Part shown: piece after piece, positions 24,565 to 42,500 of the stretch | Numbering within the stretch: the stretch's first letter is position 1 | Layout: every line of letters begins with the position of its first letter | NCBI GenBank assembly: GCA_964016885.1 | Contig: OZ024742.1 | Span: 359,600,001 to 359,664,000 of the forward strand | Source of the DNA: Eledone cirrhosa | Taxonomy: Eukaryota | DNA: 64,000 nt | Direction of reading: 5' to 3' | Translations under genes and position numbers: made by a program | Notes under the pieces: generated by a model | Told to the model about the DNA's origin: nothing | The model's database searches: none | What the model saw: only the letters and a program-made list of their open reading frames with translations

Positions 24565-27500
24565 AATAGACATAGGCTAACAGGGGCAGAGAACCACACA
24601 CACAAACACAGACATAGGCTAACAGGGGCAGATAAACACACACACAAACACAGACATAGGCTAACAGGGGCAGATAACGACACACATACACACACATAGG
24701 CTAACAGGGGCAGATAACCACACACAAACACAGACATAGGCTAACAGGGGCAGATAACGACACACACAAACACAGACATAGGCTAACAGTGGCAGAAAAA
24801 CCACACACACAAACACAGACATAGGCTAACAGGGGCAGATAACCACACACACAAACACAGATATAGGCTAACAGGGGCAGATAACCACACACACAAACAC
24901 AGACATAGGCTAACAGGGGCAGATAACCACACACACAAACACAGACATAGGCTAACAGGGGCAGATAACCACACACACATAGGCTAACAGGGGCAGATAA
25001 TCACCCACACAAACAGACATAGGCTCACAGGGGTAGATAACCACACACACAAACAGACATAGGCTAGCAGGGGCAGATAACCACACACACAAACACAGAC
25101 ATAGACTCACAGGGGCAGATAACCACACACACAAACACAGACATAGGCTAACAGGGGCAGATAACGACACACACAAACACAGACATAGGCTCACAGGGGC
25201 AGATAACCACACATACAAACACAGACATAGGCTAACAGGGGCAGATAACCACACACACATAGGCTAACAGGGGCAGATAATCACCCACACAAACAGACAT
25301 AGGCTCACAGGGGTAGATAACCACACACACAAACAGACATAGGCTAGCAGGGGCAGATAACCACACTCACAAACACAGACATAGACTCACAGGGGCAGAT
25401 AACCACACACACAAACACAGACATAGGCTAACAGGGGCAGATAACGACACACACAAACACAGACATAGGCTCACAGGGGCAGATAACCATACATACAAAC
25501 ACAGACATAGGCTCACAGGGGCAGATAACCACACACACAAACACAGACATAGACTAACAGGGGCAGATAACCACACACACAAACACAGACATAGACTAAC
25601 AAGGGCAAATACCCACACACACAAACACAGACATAGACAAACAGGGGCAGATAACCACAGGCACAAACACAGACATAGGCTCACAGGGGCAGATAACCAC
25701 ACACACAAAGACAGACATAGCCTAACAGGGGCAGATAACCACACACACAAACACACAAACACAGACATAGGTTAACAGGCGCAGAGAACCACACACAAAG
25801 ACAGACATAGGCTCACATGGGCAGATAACCACACACACAAACACAGACATAGGCTAACAGGGGCAGATAACCACACACACAAACACAGACATAGGCTCAT
25901 AGGGGCAGATAACCACACACACAAACATAGACATAGGCTAACAGGGAGAGATAACCACACACACAAACAAAGACATAGGCTAACAGAGGCAGATAACCAC
26001 ACACACAAACACAGACATAGACTAACAGGGGCAGATAACCACACACACAAACACAGACATAGGTTACAGAGGCAGATAACCACACACACAAACACAGACA
26101 TAGACTAACAGGGGCAGATAACCACACACACAAACACAGAACATAGGCTCACAGGGGCAGATAACCACACACACACAAACACAGACATAGGCTAACAGGG
26201 GCAGATAACCACACACACAAACACAGACATAGGCTAACAGGGGTAGATAACCACACACACAAACACAGACATAGGCTAACAGGGGCAGATAACCACACAC
26301 ACAAACACAGACATAGGCTCACAGGGGCAGATAACCGCACACACAAACACAGACATAGGCTAACAGAGGCAGATAACCACACACACAAACACAGACATAG
26401 GCTAACAGGGGCAGATAACGACAAACACAAACACAGACATAGGCTATTAGGGGCAGATAACCACACACACATACACAGACATAGGCTCAGAGGGGCAGAT
26501 AACCACACACACAAACACAGACATAGGCTCACAGTGGCAGATAACGACACACGCAAACACAGACATAGGCTCACAGGGGCAGATAACCAGACACACAAAC
26601 ACAGACATAGGCTAACTGGGGCAGATAACCACACACACAAACACAGACATAGGCTCACAGGGGCAGATAACCACACACACAAACACAGACATAGGCTAAC
26701 AGTGGCAGAAAACCACACACACAAACACAGACATAGGCTAACAGGGGCAGATAACCACACACACAAACACAGACATAGGCTAACAGAGGCAGATAACCAC
26801 ACACACAAACACAGACATAGGCTAACAGGGGCAGATAACCACACACACATAGGCTAACAGGTGTAGATAATCACCCACACAAACAGACATAGGCTCACGG
26901 GGGTAGATAACCACACACACAAACAGACATAGGCTAGCAGGGGCAGATAACCACACACACAAACAAAGACATAGACTCACAGGGGCAGATAACCACACCT
27001 ACAAACACAGACATAGGCTAACAGGGGCAGATAACCACACACACAAACACAGACATAGGCTAACAGGGGCAGATAACCACACATACAAACACAGACATAG
27101 GTTCACAGGGGCAGATAACCACACAAACAAACACAGACATAGACTAACAAGGGCAGATAACCACACACACAAACACAGACATAGACAAACAGGGGCAGAT
27201 AACCACAGGCACAAACACAGACATAGGTTCACAGGGGCAGATAACCACACACACAAAGACAGACATAGGCTAACAGGGGCAGATAACCACACACACAAAC
27301 ACAGACATAGGTTAACAGGCGCAGAGAACCACACACAAAGACAGACATAGGCTCACAGGGGCAGATAACCACACACACAAACACAGACATAGGCTAACAG
27401 GGGCAGATAACCACACACACAAACACAGACATAGGCTCATAGCGGCAGATAACCACACACACAAACACAGACATAGGCTAACAGGGAGAGATAACCACAC

Positions 27501-30500
27501 ACACAAACACAGACATAGGCTAACAGAGGCAGATAACCACACACACAAACACAGACATAGACTAACAGGGGCAGATAACCACACACACATACACAGACAT
27601 AGGCTAACAGAGGCAGATAACCACACACACAAACACAGACATAGACTAACAGGGGCAGATAACCACACACACAAACACAGACATAGGCTCACAAGGGCAG
27701 ATAACCACACACACAAACACATACATAGACTCACAGGGGCAGATAACCACACACACAAACACAGACATAGGCTCACAGGGGCAGATAACCACACACACAA
27801 ACACAGACGTAGGCTAACAGGGGCAGATAACCATACACAGAAACACAGACATTGGCTCAGAAGGGCAGATAACCACACACACAAACACAGACATAGGCTC
27901 ACAGTGGCAGATAACGACACACACAAACACAGACATAGGCTCACAGGGGCAGATAACCACACACACAAACACAGACATAGGCTAACAGGGGCAGATAACC
28001 ACAAACACAAACACAGACATAGGCTCACAGGGGCACATAGCCACACACACAAACAGACATAGGCTAACAGGGGCAGATAACCACATACACAAACACAGAC
28101 ATAGGCTAACAGGGGCAGATAACCACACACGCATACACAGACATAGGCTAACAGGGGCAGATAACCACACACATAGACAGACATACGTTAACAGGGCCAG
28201 ATAACCACACACACAAACACGGATATAGGCTAACAGGGGCAGATAACCACACATAAAAACAGACATAGGCTCACAGGGGCAGATAACCACACACGCAAAC
28301 AGACATACGCTAACAGGGGCAGATAACCACACACACAAACACAGACATAGGCTAACAGAGGCAGATAACAACACACATAAAGAGACATACGCTAACAGGG
28401 GCAGATAACCACACACACAAACACAGACATAGGTTAATTGGGGCAGATAATCACACACACATACACAGACATAGGCTAACAGAGGCAGATAACCACACAC
28501 ACAAACACAGACATAGGCTCACAGGGGCAGATAACCACACACACAAACACATACATAGACTCACAGGGGCAGATAAACACACACAAACACAGACATAGGC
28601 TCACAGGGGCAGATAACCACACACACAAACACAGACATAGGCTAACAGGGGCAGATAACCACACAAATAAACAGACATACGCTAACAGGGGCAGATAACC
28701 ACACACACAAACACAGACATAGGCTAACAGAGGCAGATAACAACACACATAAAGAGACATACGCTAACAGGGGCAGATATCCACACACACAAACACAGAC
28801 ATATGTTAATTGGGGCAGATAATCACACACACATACACAGACATAGACTCACAGGGGCAGATAACCACACACACAAACACAGACATAGGCTCACAGGGGC
28901 AGATAACCACACACACAAACACATACATAGACTCACAGGGGCAGATAACCACACACACAAACACAGACATAGGCTCACAGGGGCAGATAACCACACACAC
29001 AAACACAGACGTAGGCTAACAGGGGCATATAACCATACACAGAAACACAGACATTGGCTCAGAGGGGCAGATAACCACACACACAAACACAGACATAGGC
29101 TCACAGTGGCAGATAACCACACACACAAACACAGACATAGGCTCACAGGGGCAGATAACCATACACATAAACACAGACATAGGCTAACAGGGGCAGATAA
29201 CCACACACACAAACACAGACATAGGCTCACAGGGGCAGATAGCCACACACACAAACAGACATAGGCTAACAGGGGCAGATAACCACATACACAAACACAG
29301 ACATAGGCTAACAGGGGCAGATAACCACACACGCATAAACAGACATAGGCTAACAGGGGCAGATAACCACACACATAGACAGACATACATTAACAGGGCC
29401 AGATAACCACACACACAAACACGGATATAGGCTAACAGGGGCAGATAACCACACACAAAAACAGACATAGGCTCACAGGGGCAGATAACCACACACACAA
29501 ACACGGACATAGGTTACAGAGGCAGATAACCACACACATAAACACAGACATAGGCTATTAGGGGCGGATAACCACACACACATACACAGACATAGGCTAA
29601 CAGAGGCAGATAACCACACACACAAACACAGACATAGACTAACAGGGGCAGATAACCACACACACAAACACATACATAGACTCAAAGGGGCAGATAACCA
29701 CACACACAAACACATACATAGACTCACAGGGGCAGATAACCACACACACAAACACAGACATAGGCTCACAGGGGCAGATAACCACACACACAAACACAGA
29801 CGTAGGCTAACAGGGGCAGATAACCATACACAGAAACACAGACATTGGCTCAGAGGTGCAGATAACCACACACACAAACACAGACATAGGCTCACAGTGG
29901 CAGATAACGACACACACAAACACAGACATAGGCTCGCAGGGGCAGATAACCAAACACACAAACACAGACATAGACTAACAGGGGCAGATAACCACACACA
30001 CAAACACAGACATAGGCTCACAGGGGCAGATAGCCACACACACAAACAGACATAGGCTAACAGGGGCAGATAACCACATACACAAACACAGACATAGGCT
30101 AACAGGGGCAGATAACCACACACGGATACACAGACATAGGCTAACAGGGGCAGATAACCACACACATAGACAGACATACGTTAACAGGGCCAGATAACCA
30201 AACTCACAAACACGGATATTGGCTAACAGGGGCAGATAACCACACATAAAAACAGACATAGGCTCACAGGGGCAGATAACCACACACACAAACACGGACA
30301 TAGGCTAACAGGGGCAGATAACCACACACATAAACAGACATAGGCTAACAGGGGCAGATAACCACACACGCAAACACAGGCATAGGCTAACAGGGGCAGA
30401 TAACCACACACGCAAACACAGACATAGACTAACAGGGGCAGATAACCACACACACAAACACAGACATAGGCTAACAGAGGCAGATAACCACACACACAAA

Positions 30501-33500
30501 CACAGACATAGGCTCACAGGGGCAGATAACCACACACACAAACACAGACGTAGGCTAACAGGGGCATATAACCATACACAGAAACACAGACATTGGCTCA
30601 GAGGGGCAGATAACCACACACACAAACACAGACATAGGCTCACAGTGGCAGATAACCACACACACAAACACAGACATAGGCTCACAGGGGCAGATAACCA
30701 CACACACAAACACATACATAGACTCACAGGGGCAGATAACCACACACACAAACACAGACATAGGCTCACAGGGGCAGATAACCACACACACAAACACAGA
30801 CGTAGGCTAACAGGGGCATATAACCATACACAGAAACACAGACATTGGCTCAGAGGGGCAGATAACCACACACACAAACACAGACATAGGCTCACAGTGG
30901 CAGATAACCACACACACAAACACAGACATAGGCTCACAGGGGCAGATAACCATACACATAAACACAGACATAGGCTAACAGGGGCAGATAACCACACACA
31001 CAAACACAGACATAGGCTCACAGGGGCAGATAGCCACACACACAAACAGACATAGGCTAACAGGGGCAGATAACCACATACACAAACACAGACATAGGCT
31101 AACAGGGGCAGATAACCACACACGCATAAACAGACATAGGCTAACAGGGGCAGATAACCACACACATAGACAGACATACATTAACAGGGCCAGATAACCA
31201 CACACACAAACACGGATATAGGCTAACAGGGGCAGATAACCACACACAAAAACAGACATAGGCTCACAGGGGCAGATAACCACACACACAAACACGGACA
31301 TAGGTTACAGAGGCAGATAACCACACACATAAACACAGACATAGGCTATTAGGGGCGGATAACCACACACACATACACAGACATAGGCTAACAGAGGCAG
31401 ATAACCACACACACAAACACAGACATAGACTAACAGGGGCAGATAACCACACACACAAACACATACATAGACTCACAGGGGCAGATAACCACACACACAA
31501 ACACATACATAGACTCACAGGGGCAGATAACCACACACACAAACACAGACATAGGCTCACAGGGGCAGATAACCACACACACAAACACAGACGTAGGCTA
31601 ACAGGGGCAGATAACCATACACAGAAACACAGACATTGGCTCAGAGGTGCAGATAACCACACACACAAACACAGACATAGGCTCACAGTGGCAGATAACG
31701 ACACACACAAACACAGACATAGGCTCGCAGGGGCAGATAACCAAACACACAAACACAGACATAGACTAACAGGGGCAGATAACCACACACACAAACACAG
31801 ACATAGGCTCACAGGGGCAGATAGCCACACACACAAACAGACATAGGCTAACAGGGGCAGATAACCACATACACAAACACAGACATAGGCTAACAGGGGC
31901 AGATAACCACACACGGATACACAGACATAGGCTAACAGGGGCAGATAACCACACACATAGACAGACATACGTTAACAGGGCCAGATAACCAAACTCACAA
32001 ACACGGATATTGGCTAACAGGGGCAGATAACCACACATAAAAACAGACATAGGCTCACAGGGGCAGATAACCACACACACAAACACGGACATAGGCTAAC
32101 AGGGGCAGATAACCACACACATAAACAGACATAGGCTAACAGGGGCAGATAACCACACACGCAAACACAGGCATAGGCTAACAGGGGCAGATAACCACAC
32201 ACGCAAACACAGACATAGACTAACAGGGGCAGATAACCACACACACAAACACAGACATAGGCTAACAGAGGCAGATAACAACACACATAAAGAGACATAC
32301 GCTAACAGGGGCAGATGACCACACACACAAACACAGACATAGGTTAATTGGGGCAGATAATCACACACATAGACAGACATAGGCTAACAGGGGCAGATAA
32401 CCACACACACAAACACAGACATAGGCTATTAGGGACAGATAACCACACACACATACACAGACATAGGCTAACAGAGGCAGATAACCACACACACAAACAC
32501 AGACATAGGCTCACAGGGGCAGATAACCACACACACAAACACATACATAGACTCACAGGGGCAGATAACCACACACACAAACACAGACATAGGCTCACAG
32601 GGGCAGATAACCACACACACAAACACAGACATAGGCTAACAGGGGCAGATAACCACATACACAAACACAGACATAGGCTAACAGGGGCAGATAACCACAC
32701 ACGCATAAACAGACATAGGCTAACAGGGGCAGTTAACCACACACACAAACACAGACATAGGCTCACAGAGGCAGATAACCGCACACACAAACACAGACAT
32801 AGGCTAACAGAGGCAGATAACCACACACACAAACACAGACATAGGCTAACAGGGGCAGATAACCACACACACAAACACAGACATAGGCTAACAGGGGCAG
32901 ATAACGACACACACAAACACAGACATAGGCTATTAGGGGCAGATAACCACACACACATACACAGGCATAGGCTAACAGAGGCAGATAACCACACACACAA
33001 ACACAGACATAGACTAACAGGGGCAGATAACCACACACACAAACACATACATAGACTCACAGGGGCAGATAACCACACACACAAACACATACATAGACTC
33101 ACAGGGGCAGATAACCACACACACAAACACAGACATAGGCTCACAGGGGCAGATAACCACACACACAAACACAGACGTAGGCTAACAGGGGCAGATAACC
33201 ATACACAGAAACACAGACATTGGCTCAGAGGGGCAGATAACCACACACACAAACACAGACATAGGCTCACAGTGGCAGATAACGACACACACAAACACAG
33301 ACATAGGCTCACATGGGCAGATAATCACACACACAAACACAGACATAGGCTAACAGGGGCAGATAACCACACACACAAACACAGACATAGGCTCACAGGG
33401 GCAGATAGCCACACACACAAACAGACATAGGCTAACAGAGGCAGATAACCACATACACAAACACAGACATAGGCTAACAGGGGTAGATAACCACACACGC

Positions 33501-36500
33501 ATACACAGACATAGGCTAACAGGGGCAGATAACCACACACATAGACAGACATACGTTAACAGGGCCAGATAACCACACACACAAACACGGATATAGGCTA
33601 ACAGGGGCAGATAAACACACATAAAAACAGACATAGGCTCACAGGGGCAGATAACCACACACACAAACACGGACATAGGCTAACAGGGGCAGATAACCAC
33701 ACACATAAACAGACATAGGCTAACAGGGGCAGATAACCACACACGCAAACACAGACATAGGCTAACAGGGGCAGATAATCACACAAATAAACAGACATAC
33801 GCTAACAGGGGCAGATAACCACACACACAAACACAGACATAGGCTAACAGAGGCAGATAACAACACACATAAAGAGACATACGCTATCAGGGGCAGATAT
33901 CCACACACACAAACACAGACATAGGTTAATTGGGGCAGATAATCACACACACATACACAGACATAGACTATAGGGGCAGATAACCACACACACAAACACA
34001 GACATAGGCTCACAGGGGCAGATAACCACACACACAAACACAGACGTAGGCTAACAGGGGCATATAACCATACACAGAAACACAGAAATTGGCTCAGAGG
34101 GGCAGATAACCACACACACAAACACAGACATAGGCTCACAGTGGCAGATAACCACACACACAAACACAGACATAGGCTCACAGGGGCAGATAACCACACA
34201 CACAAACACAGACATAGGCTAACAGGGGCAGATAACCACACACACAAACACAGACATAGGCTCACAGGGGCAGATAGCCACACACACAAACAGACATAGG
34301 CTAACAGGGGCAGATAACCACATACACAAACACAGACATAGGCTAACAGGGGCAGATAACCACACACGCATAAACAGACATAGGCTAACAGGGGCAGATA
34401 ACCACACACATAGACAGACATACATTAACAGGGCCAGATAACCACACACACAAACACGGATATAGGCTAACAGGGGCAGATAACCACACATAAAAACAGA
34501 CATAGGCTCACAGGGGCAGATAACCACACACACAAACACGGACATAGGTTACAGAGGCAGATAACCACACACACAAACACAGACATAGGCTAACAGGGGC
34601 AGATAACCACACACACAAACACAGACATAGGCTCACAGGGGCAGATAGCCACACACACAAACAGACATAGGCTAACAGGGGCAGATAACCACATACACAA
34701 ACACAGACATAGGCTAACAGGGGCAGATAACCACACACGCATAAAGAGACATAGGCTAACAGGGGCAGATAACCACACACATAGAAAGACATACATTAAC
34801 AGGGCCAGATAACCGCACACACAAACACGGATATAGGCTAACAGGGGCAGATAACCACACATAAAAACAGACATAGGCTCACAGGGGCAGATAACCACAC
34901 ACACAAACACGGACATAGGTTACAGAGGCAGATAACCACACACATAAACACAGACATAAACTAACAGGGGCAGATAACCACACACACAAACACAGACATA
35001 GGCTCACAGGGGCAGATAACCACACACACACAAACACAGACATAGGCTAACAGGGGCAGATAACCACACACACAAACACAGACATAGGCTAACAGGGGCA
35101 GATAACCACACACACAAACACAGACATAGGCTCACAGGGGCAGATAACCGCACACACAAACACAGACATTGGCTAACAGAGGCAGATAACCACACACACA
35201 AACACAGACATAGGCTAACAGGGGCAGATAACCACACACACAAACACAGACATAGGCTAACAGGGGCAGATAACGACACACACAAACACAGACATAGGCT
35301 ATTAGGGGCAGATAACCACACACACATACACAGACATAGGCTAACAGAGGCAGATAACCACACACACAAACACAGACATAGACTAACAGGGGCAGATAAC
35401 CACACACACAAACACAGTCATAGGCTCACAGGGGCAGATAACCACACACACAAACACATACATAGACTCACAGGGGCAGATAACCACACACACAAACACA
35501 GACGTAGGCTAACAGGGGCAGATAACCATACACAGAAACACAGACATTGGCTCAGAGGGGCAGATAACCACACACACAAACACAGACATAGGCTCACAGT
35601 GGCAGATAACGACACACACAAACACAGACATAGGCTCACAGGGGCAGATAACCACACACACAAACACAGACATAGACTAACAGGGGCAGATAACCACACA
35701 CACAAACACAGTCATAGGCTCACAGGGGCAGATAGCCACACACACAAACAGACATAGGCTAACAGGGGCAGATAACCACATACACAAACACAGACATAGG
35801 CTAACAGGGGCAGATAACCACACACGCATAAACAGACATAGGCTAACAGGGGCAGATAACCACACACATAGACAGACATACATTAACAGGGCCAGATAAC
35901 CACACACACAAACACGGATATAGGCTAACAGGGGCAGATAACCACACATAAAAACAGACATAGGCTCACAGGGGCAGATAACCACACACACAAACACGGA
36001 CATAGGTTACAGAGGCAGATAACCACACACACAAACACAGACATAGGCTAACAGGGGCAGATAACCACACACACAAACACGGACATAGGTTACAGAGGCA
36101 GATAACCAGACACACAAACACGGATATAGGCTAACAGGGGCAGATAACCACACATAAAAACAGACATAGGCTCACAGGGGCAGATAACCACACACGCAAA
36201 CAGACATACGCTAAAAGGGGCAGATAACCACACACACAAACACAGACATAGGCTAACAGAGGCAGATAACAACACACAAACACAGACATAGGCTAACAGG
36301 GGCAGATAACCACACACACAAACACAGACATAGGTTAATTGGGGCAGATAATCACACACACATACACAGACATAGTCTAACAGAGGCAGATAACCACACA
36401 CACAAACACAGACATAGGCTCACAGGGGCAGATAACTACACACACAAACACATACATAGACTCACAGGGGCAGATAACCACACACACAAACACAGACATA

Positions 36501-39500
36501 GGCTCACAGGGGCAGATAACCACACACACAAACACAGACGTAGGCTAACAGGGGCATATAACCATACACAGAAACACAGACATTGGCTCAGAGGGGCAGA
36601 TAACCACACACACAAACACAGACATAGGCTCACAGTGGCAGATAACCACACACACAAACACAGACATAGGCTCACAGGGGCAGATAACCACACACACAAA
36701 CACAGACATAGGCTAACAGGGGCAGATAACCACACACACAAACACAGACATAGGCTCACAGGGGCAGATAGCCACACACACAAACAGACATAGGCTAACA
36801 GGGGCAGATAACCACATACACAAACACAGACATAGGTTAACAGGGGCAGATAACCACACACGCATAAACAGACATAGGCTAACAGGGGCAGATAACCACA
36901 CACATAGACAGACATACGTTAACAGGGCCAGATAACCACACACACAAACATGGATATAGGCTAACAGGGGCAGATAACCACACATAAAAACAGACATAGG
37001 CTCACAGGGGCAGATAACCACACACACAAACACGGACATAGGTTACAGAGGCAGATAACCACACACATGAACACAGACATAGACTAACAGGGGCAGATAA
37101 CCACACACACAAACACAGACATAGGCTCACAGGGGCAGATAACCACACACACAAACACAGACATAGGCTAACAGGGGCAGATAACCACACACACAAACAC
37201 AGACATAGGCTAACAGGGGCAGATAACCACACACACAAACAGACATAGGCTAACAGGGGCAGATAACCACATACACAAACACAGACATAGGCTAACAGGG
37301 GCAGATAACCACACACACAAACACAGACATAGGCTCACAGGGGCAGATAGCCACACACACAAACAGACATAGGCTAACAGGGGCAGATAACCACATACAC
37401 AAACACAGACATAGGCTAACAGGGGCAGATAACCACACACGCATAAACAGACATAGGCTAACAGGGGCAGATAACCACACACATAGAAAGACATACATTA
37501 ACAGGGCCAGATAACCGCACACACAAACACGGATATAGGCTAACAGGGGCAGATAACCACACATAAAAACAGACATAGGCTCACAGGGGCAGATAACCAC
37601 ACACACAAACACGGACATAGGTTACAGAGGCAGATAACCACACACATAAACACAGACATAAACTAACAGGGGCAGATAACCACACACACAAACACAGACA
37701 TAGGCTCACAGGGGCAGATAACCACACACACACAAACACAGACATAGGCTAACAGGGGCAGATAACCACACACACAAACACAGACATAGCCTAACAGGGG
37801 CAGATAACCACACACACAAACACAGACATAGGCTCACAGGGGCAGATAACCGCACACACAAACACAGACATTGGCTAACAGAGGCAGATAACCACACACA
37901 CAAACACAGACATAGGCTATCAGGGGCAGATAACCACACACACAAACACAGACATAGGCTAACAGGGGCAGATAACGACACACACAAACACAGACATAGG
38001 CTATGAGGGGCAGATAACCACACACACATACACAGACATAGGCTAACAGAGGCAGATAACCACACACACAAACACAGACATAGACTAACAGGGGCAGATA
38101 ACCACACACACAAACACAGTCATAGGCTCACAGGGGCAGATAACCACACACACAAACACATACATAGACTCACAGGGGCAGATAACCACACACACAAACA
38201 CAGACGTAGGCTAACAGGGGCAGATAACCATACACAGAAACACAGACATTGGCTCAGAGGGGCAGATAACCACACACACAAACACAGACATAGGCTCACA
38301 GGGGCAGATAACGACACACACAAACACAGACATAGGCTCACAGGGGCAGATAACCACACACACAAACACAGACATAGACTAACAGGGGCAGATAACCACA
38401 CACACAAACACAGACATAGGCTAACAGGGGCAGATAACCACACACACAAACACAGACATAGGCTCACAGGGGCAGATAGCCACACACACAAACAGACATA
38501 GGCTAACAGGGGCAGATAACCACATACACAAACACAGACATAGGCTAACAGGGGCAGATAACCACACACGCATAAAGAGACATAGGCTAACAGGGGCAGA
38601 TAACCACACACATAGAAAGACATACATTAACAGGGCCAGATAACCGCACACACAAACACGGATATAGGCTAACAGGGGCAGATAACCACACATAAAAACA
38701 GACATAGGCTCACAGGGGCAGATAACCACACACACAAACACGGACATAGGTTACAGAGGCAGATAACCACACACATAAACACAGACATAAACTAACAGGG
38801 GCAGATAACCACACACACAAACACAGACATAGGCTCACAGGGGCAGATAACCACACACACACAAACACAGACATAGGCTAACAGGGGCAGATAACCACAC
38901 ACACAAACACAGACATAGGCTAACAGGGGCAGATAACCACACACACAAACACAGACATAGGCTCACAGGGGCAGATAACCGCACACACAAACACAGACAT
39001 TGGCTAACAGAGGCAGATAACCACACACACAAACACAGACATAGGCTAACAGGGGCAGATAACCACACACACAAACACAGACATAGGCTAACAGGGGCAG
39101 ATAACGACACACACAAACACAGACATAGGCTATTAGGGGCAGATAACCACACACACATACACAGACATAGGCTAACAGAGGCAGATAACCACACACACAA
39201 ACACAGACATAGACTAACAGGGGCAGATAACCACACACACAAACACAGTCATAGGCTCACAGGGGCAGATAACCACACACACAAACACATACATAGACTC
39301 ACAGGGGCAGATAACCACACACACAAACACAGACGTAGGCTAACAGGGGCAGATAACCATACACAGAAACACAGACATTGGCTCAGAGGGGCAGATAACC
39401 ACACACACAAACACAGACATAGGCTCACAGTGGCAGATAACGACACACACAAACACAGACATAGGCTCACAGGGGCAGATAACCACACACACAAACACAG

Positions 39501-42500
39501 ACATAGACTAACAGGGGCAGATAACCACACACACAAACACAGTCATAGGCTCACAGGGGCAGATAGCCACACACACAAACAGACATAGGCTAACAGGGGC
39601 AGATAACCACATACACAAACACAGACATAGGCTAACAGGGGCAGATAACCACACACGCATAAACAGACATAGGCTAACAGGGGCAGATAACCACACACAT
39701 AGACAGACATACATTAACAGGGCCAGATAACCACACACACAAACACGGATATAGGCTAACAGGGGCAGATAACCACACATAAAAACAGACATAGGCTCAC
39801 AGGGGCAGATAACCACACACACAAACACGGACATAGGTTACAGAGGCAGATAACCACACACACAAACACAGACATAGGCTAACAGGGGCAGATAACCACA
39901 CACACAAACACGGACATAGGTTACAGAGGCAGATAACCAGACACACAAACACGGATATAGGCTAACAGGGGCAGATAACCACACATAAAAACAGACATAG
40001 GCTCACAGGGGCAGATAACCACACACGCAAACAGACATACGCTAAAAGGGGCAGATAACCACACACACAAACACAGACATAGGCTAACAGAGGCAGATAA
40101 CAACACACAAACACAGACATAGGCTAACAGGGGCAGATAACCACACACACAAACACAGACATAGGTTAATTGGGGCAGATAATCACACACACATACACAG
40201 ACATAGTCTAACAGAGGCAGATAACCACACACACAAACACAGACATAGGCTCACAGGGGCAGATAACTACACACACAAACACATACATAGACTCACAGGG
40301 GCAGATAACCACACACACAAACACAGACATAGGCTCACAGGGGCAGATAACCACACACACAAACACAGACGTAGGCTAACAGGGGCATATAACCATACAC
40401 AGAAACACAGACATTGGCTCAGAGGGGCAGATAACCACACACACAAACACAGACATAGGCTCACAGTGGCAGATAACCACACACACAAACACAGACATAG
40501 GCTCACAGGGGCAGATAACCACACACACAAACACAGACATAGGCTAACAGGGGCAGATAACCACACACACAAACACAGACATAGGCTCACAGGGGCAGAT
40601 AGCCACACACACAAACAGACATAGGCTAACAGGGGCAGATAACCACATACACAAACACAGACATAGGTTAACAGGGGCAGATAACCACACACGCATAAAC
40701 AGACATAGGCTAACAGGGGCAGATAACCACACACATAGACAGACATACGTTAACAGGGCCAGATAACCACACACACAAACATGGATATAGGCTAACAGGG
40801 GCAGATAACCACACATAAAAACAGACATAGGCTCACAGGGGCAGATAACCACACACACAAACACGGACATAGGTTACAGAGGCAGATAACCACACACATG
40901 AACACAGACATAGACTAACAGGGGCAGATAACCACACACACAAACACAGACATAGGCTCACAGGGGCAGATAACCACACACACAAACACAGACATAGGCT
41001 AACAGGGGCAGATAACCACACACACAAACACAGACATAGGCTAACAGGGGCAGATAACCACACACACAAACAGACATAGGCTAACAGGGGCAGATAACCA
41101 CATACACAAACACAGACATAGGCTAACAGGGGCAGATAACCACACACACAAACACAGACATAGGCTCACAGGGGCAGATAGCCACACACACAAACAGACA
41201 TAGGCTAACAGGGGCAGATAACCACATACACAAACACAGACATAGGCTAACAGGGGCAGATAACCACACACGCATAAACAGACATAGGCTAACAGGGGCA
41301 GATAACCACACACATAGAAAGACATACATTAACAGGGCCAGATAACCGCACACACAAACACGGATATAGGCTAACAGGGGCAGATAACCACACATAAAAA
41401 CAGACATAGGCTCACAGGGGCAGATAACCACACACACAAACACGGACATAGGTTACAGAGGCAGATAACCACACACATAAACACAGACATAAACTAACAG
41501 GGGCAGATAACCACACACACAAACACAGACATAGGCTCACAGGGGCAGATAACCACACACACACAAACACAGACATAGGCTAACAGGGGCAGATAACCAC
41601 ACACACAAACACAGACATAGCCTAACAGGGGCAGATAACCACACACACAAACACAGACATAGGCTCACAGGGGCAGATAACCGCACACACAAACACAGAC
41701 ATTGGCTAACAGAGGCAGATAACCACACACACAAACACAGACATAGGCTATCAGGGGCAGATAACCACACACACAAACACAGACATAGGCTAACAGGGGC
41801 AGATAACGACACACACAAACACAGACATAGGCTATGAGGGGCAGATAACCACACACACATACACAGACATAGGCTAACAGAGGCAGATAACCACACACAC
41901 AAACACAGACATAGACTAACAGGGGCAGATAACCACACACACAAACACAGTCATAGGCTCACAGGGGCAGATAACCACACACACAAACACATACATAGAC
42001 TCACAGGGGCAGATAACCACACACACAAACACAGACGTAGGCTAACAGGGGCAGATAACCATACACAGAAACACAGACATTGGCTCAGAGGGGCAGATAA
42101 CCACACACACAAACACAGACATAGGCTCACAGGGGCAGATAACGACACACACAAACACAGACATAGGCTCACAGGGGCAGATAACCACACACACAAACAC
42201 AGACATAGACTAACAGGGGCAGATAACCACACACACAAACACAGACATAGGCTAACAGGGGCAGATAACCACACACACAAACACAGACATAGGCTCACAG
42301 GGGCAGATAGCCACACACACAAACAGACATAGGCTAACAGGGGCAGATAACCACATACACAAACACAGACATAGGCTAACAGGGGCAGATAACCACACAC
42401 GCATAAAGAGACATAGGCTAACAGGGGCAGATAACCACACACATAGAAAGACATACATTAACAGGGCCAGATAACCGCACACACAAACACGGATATAGGC

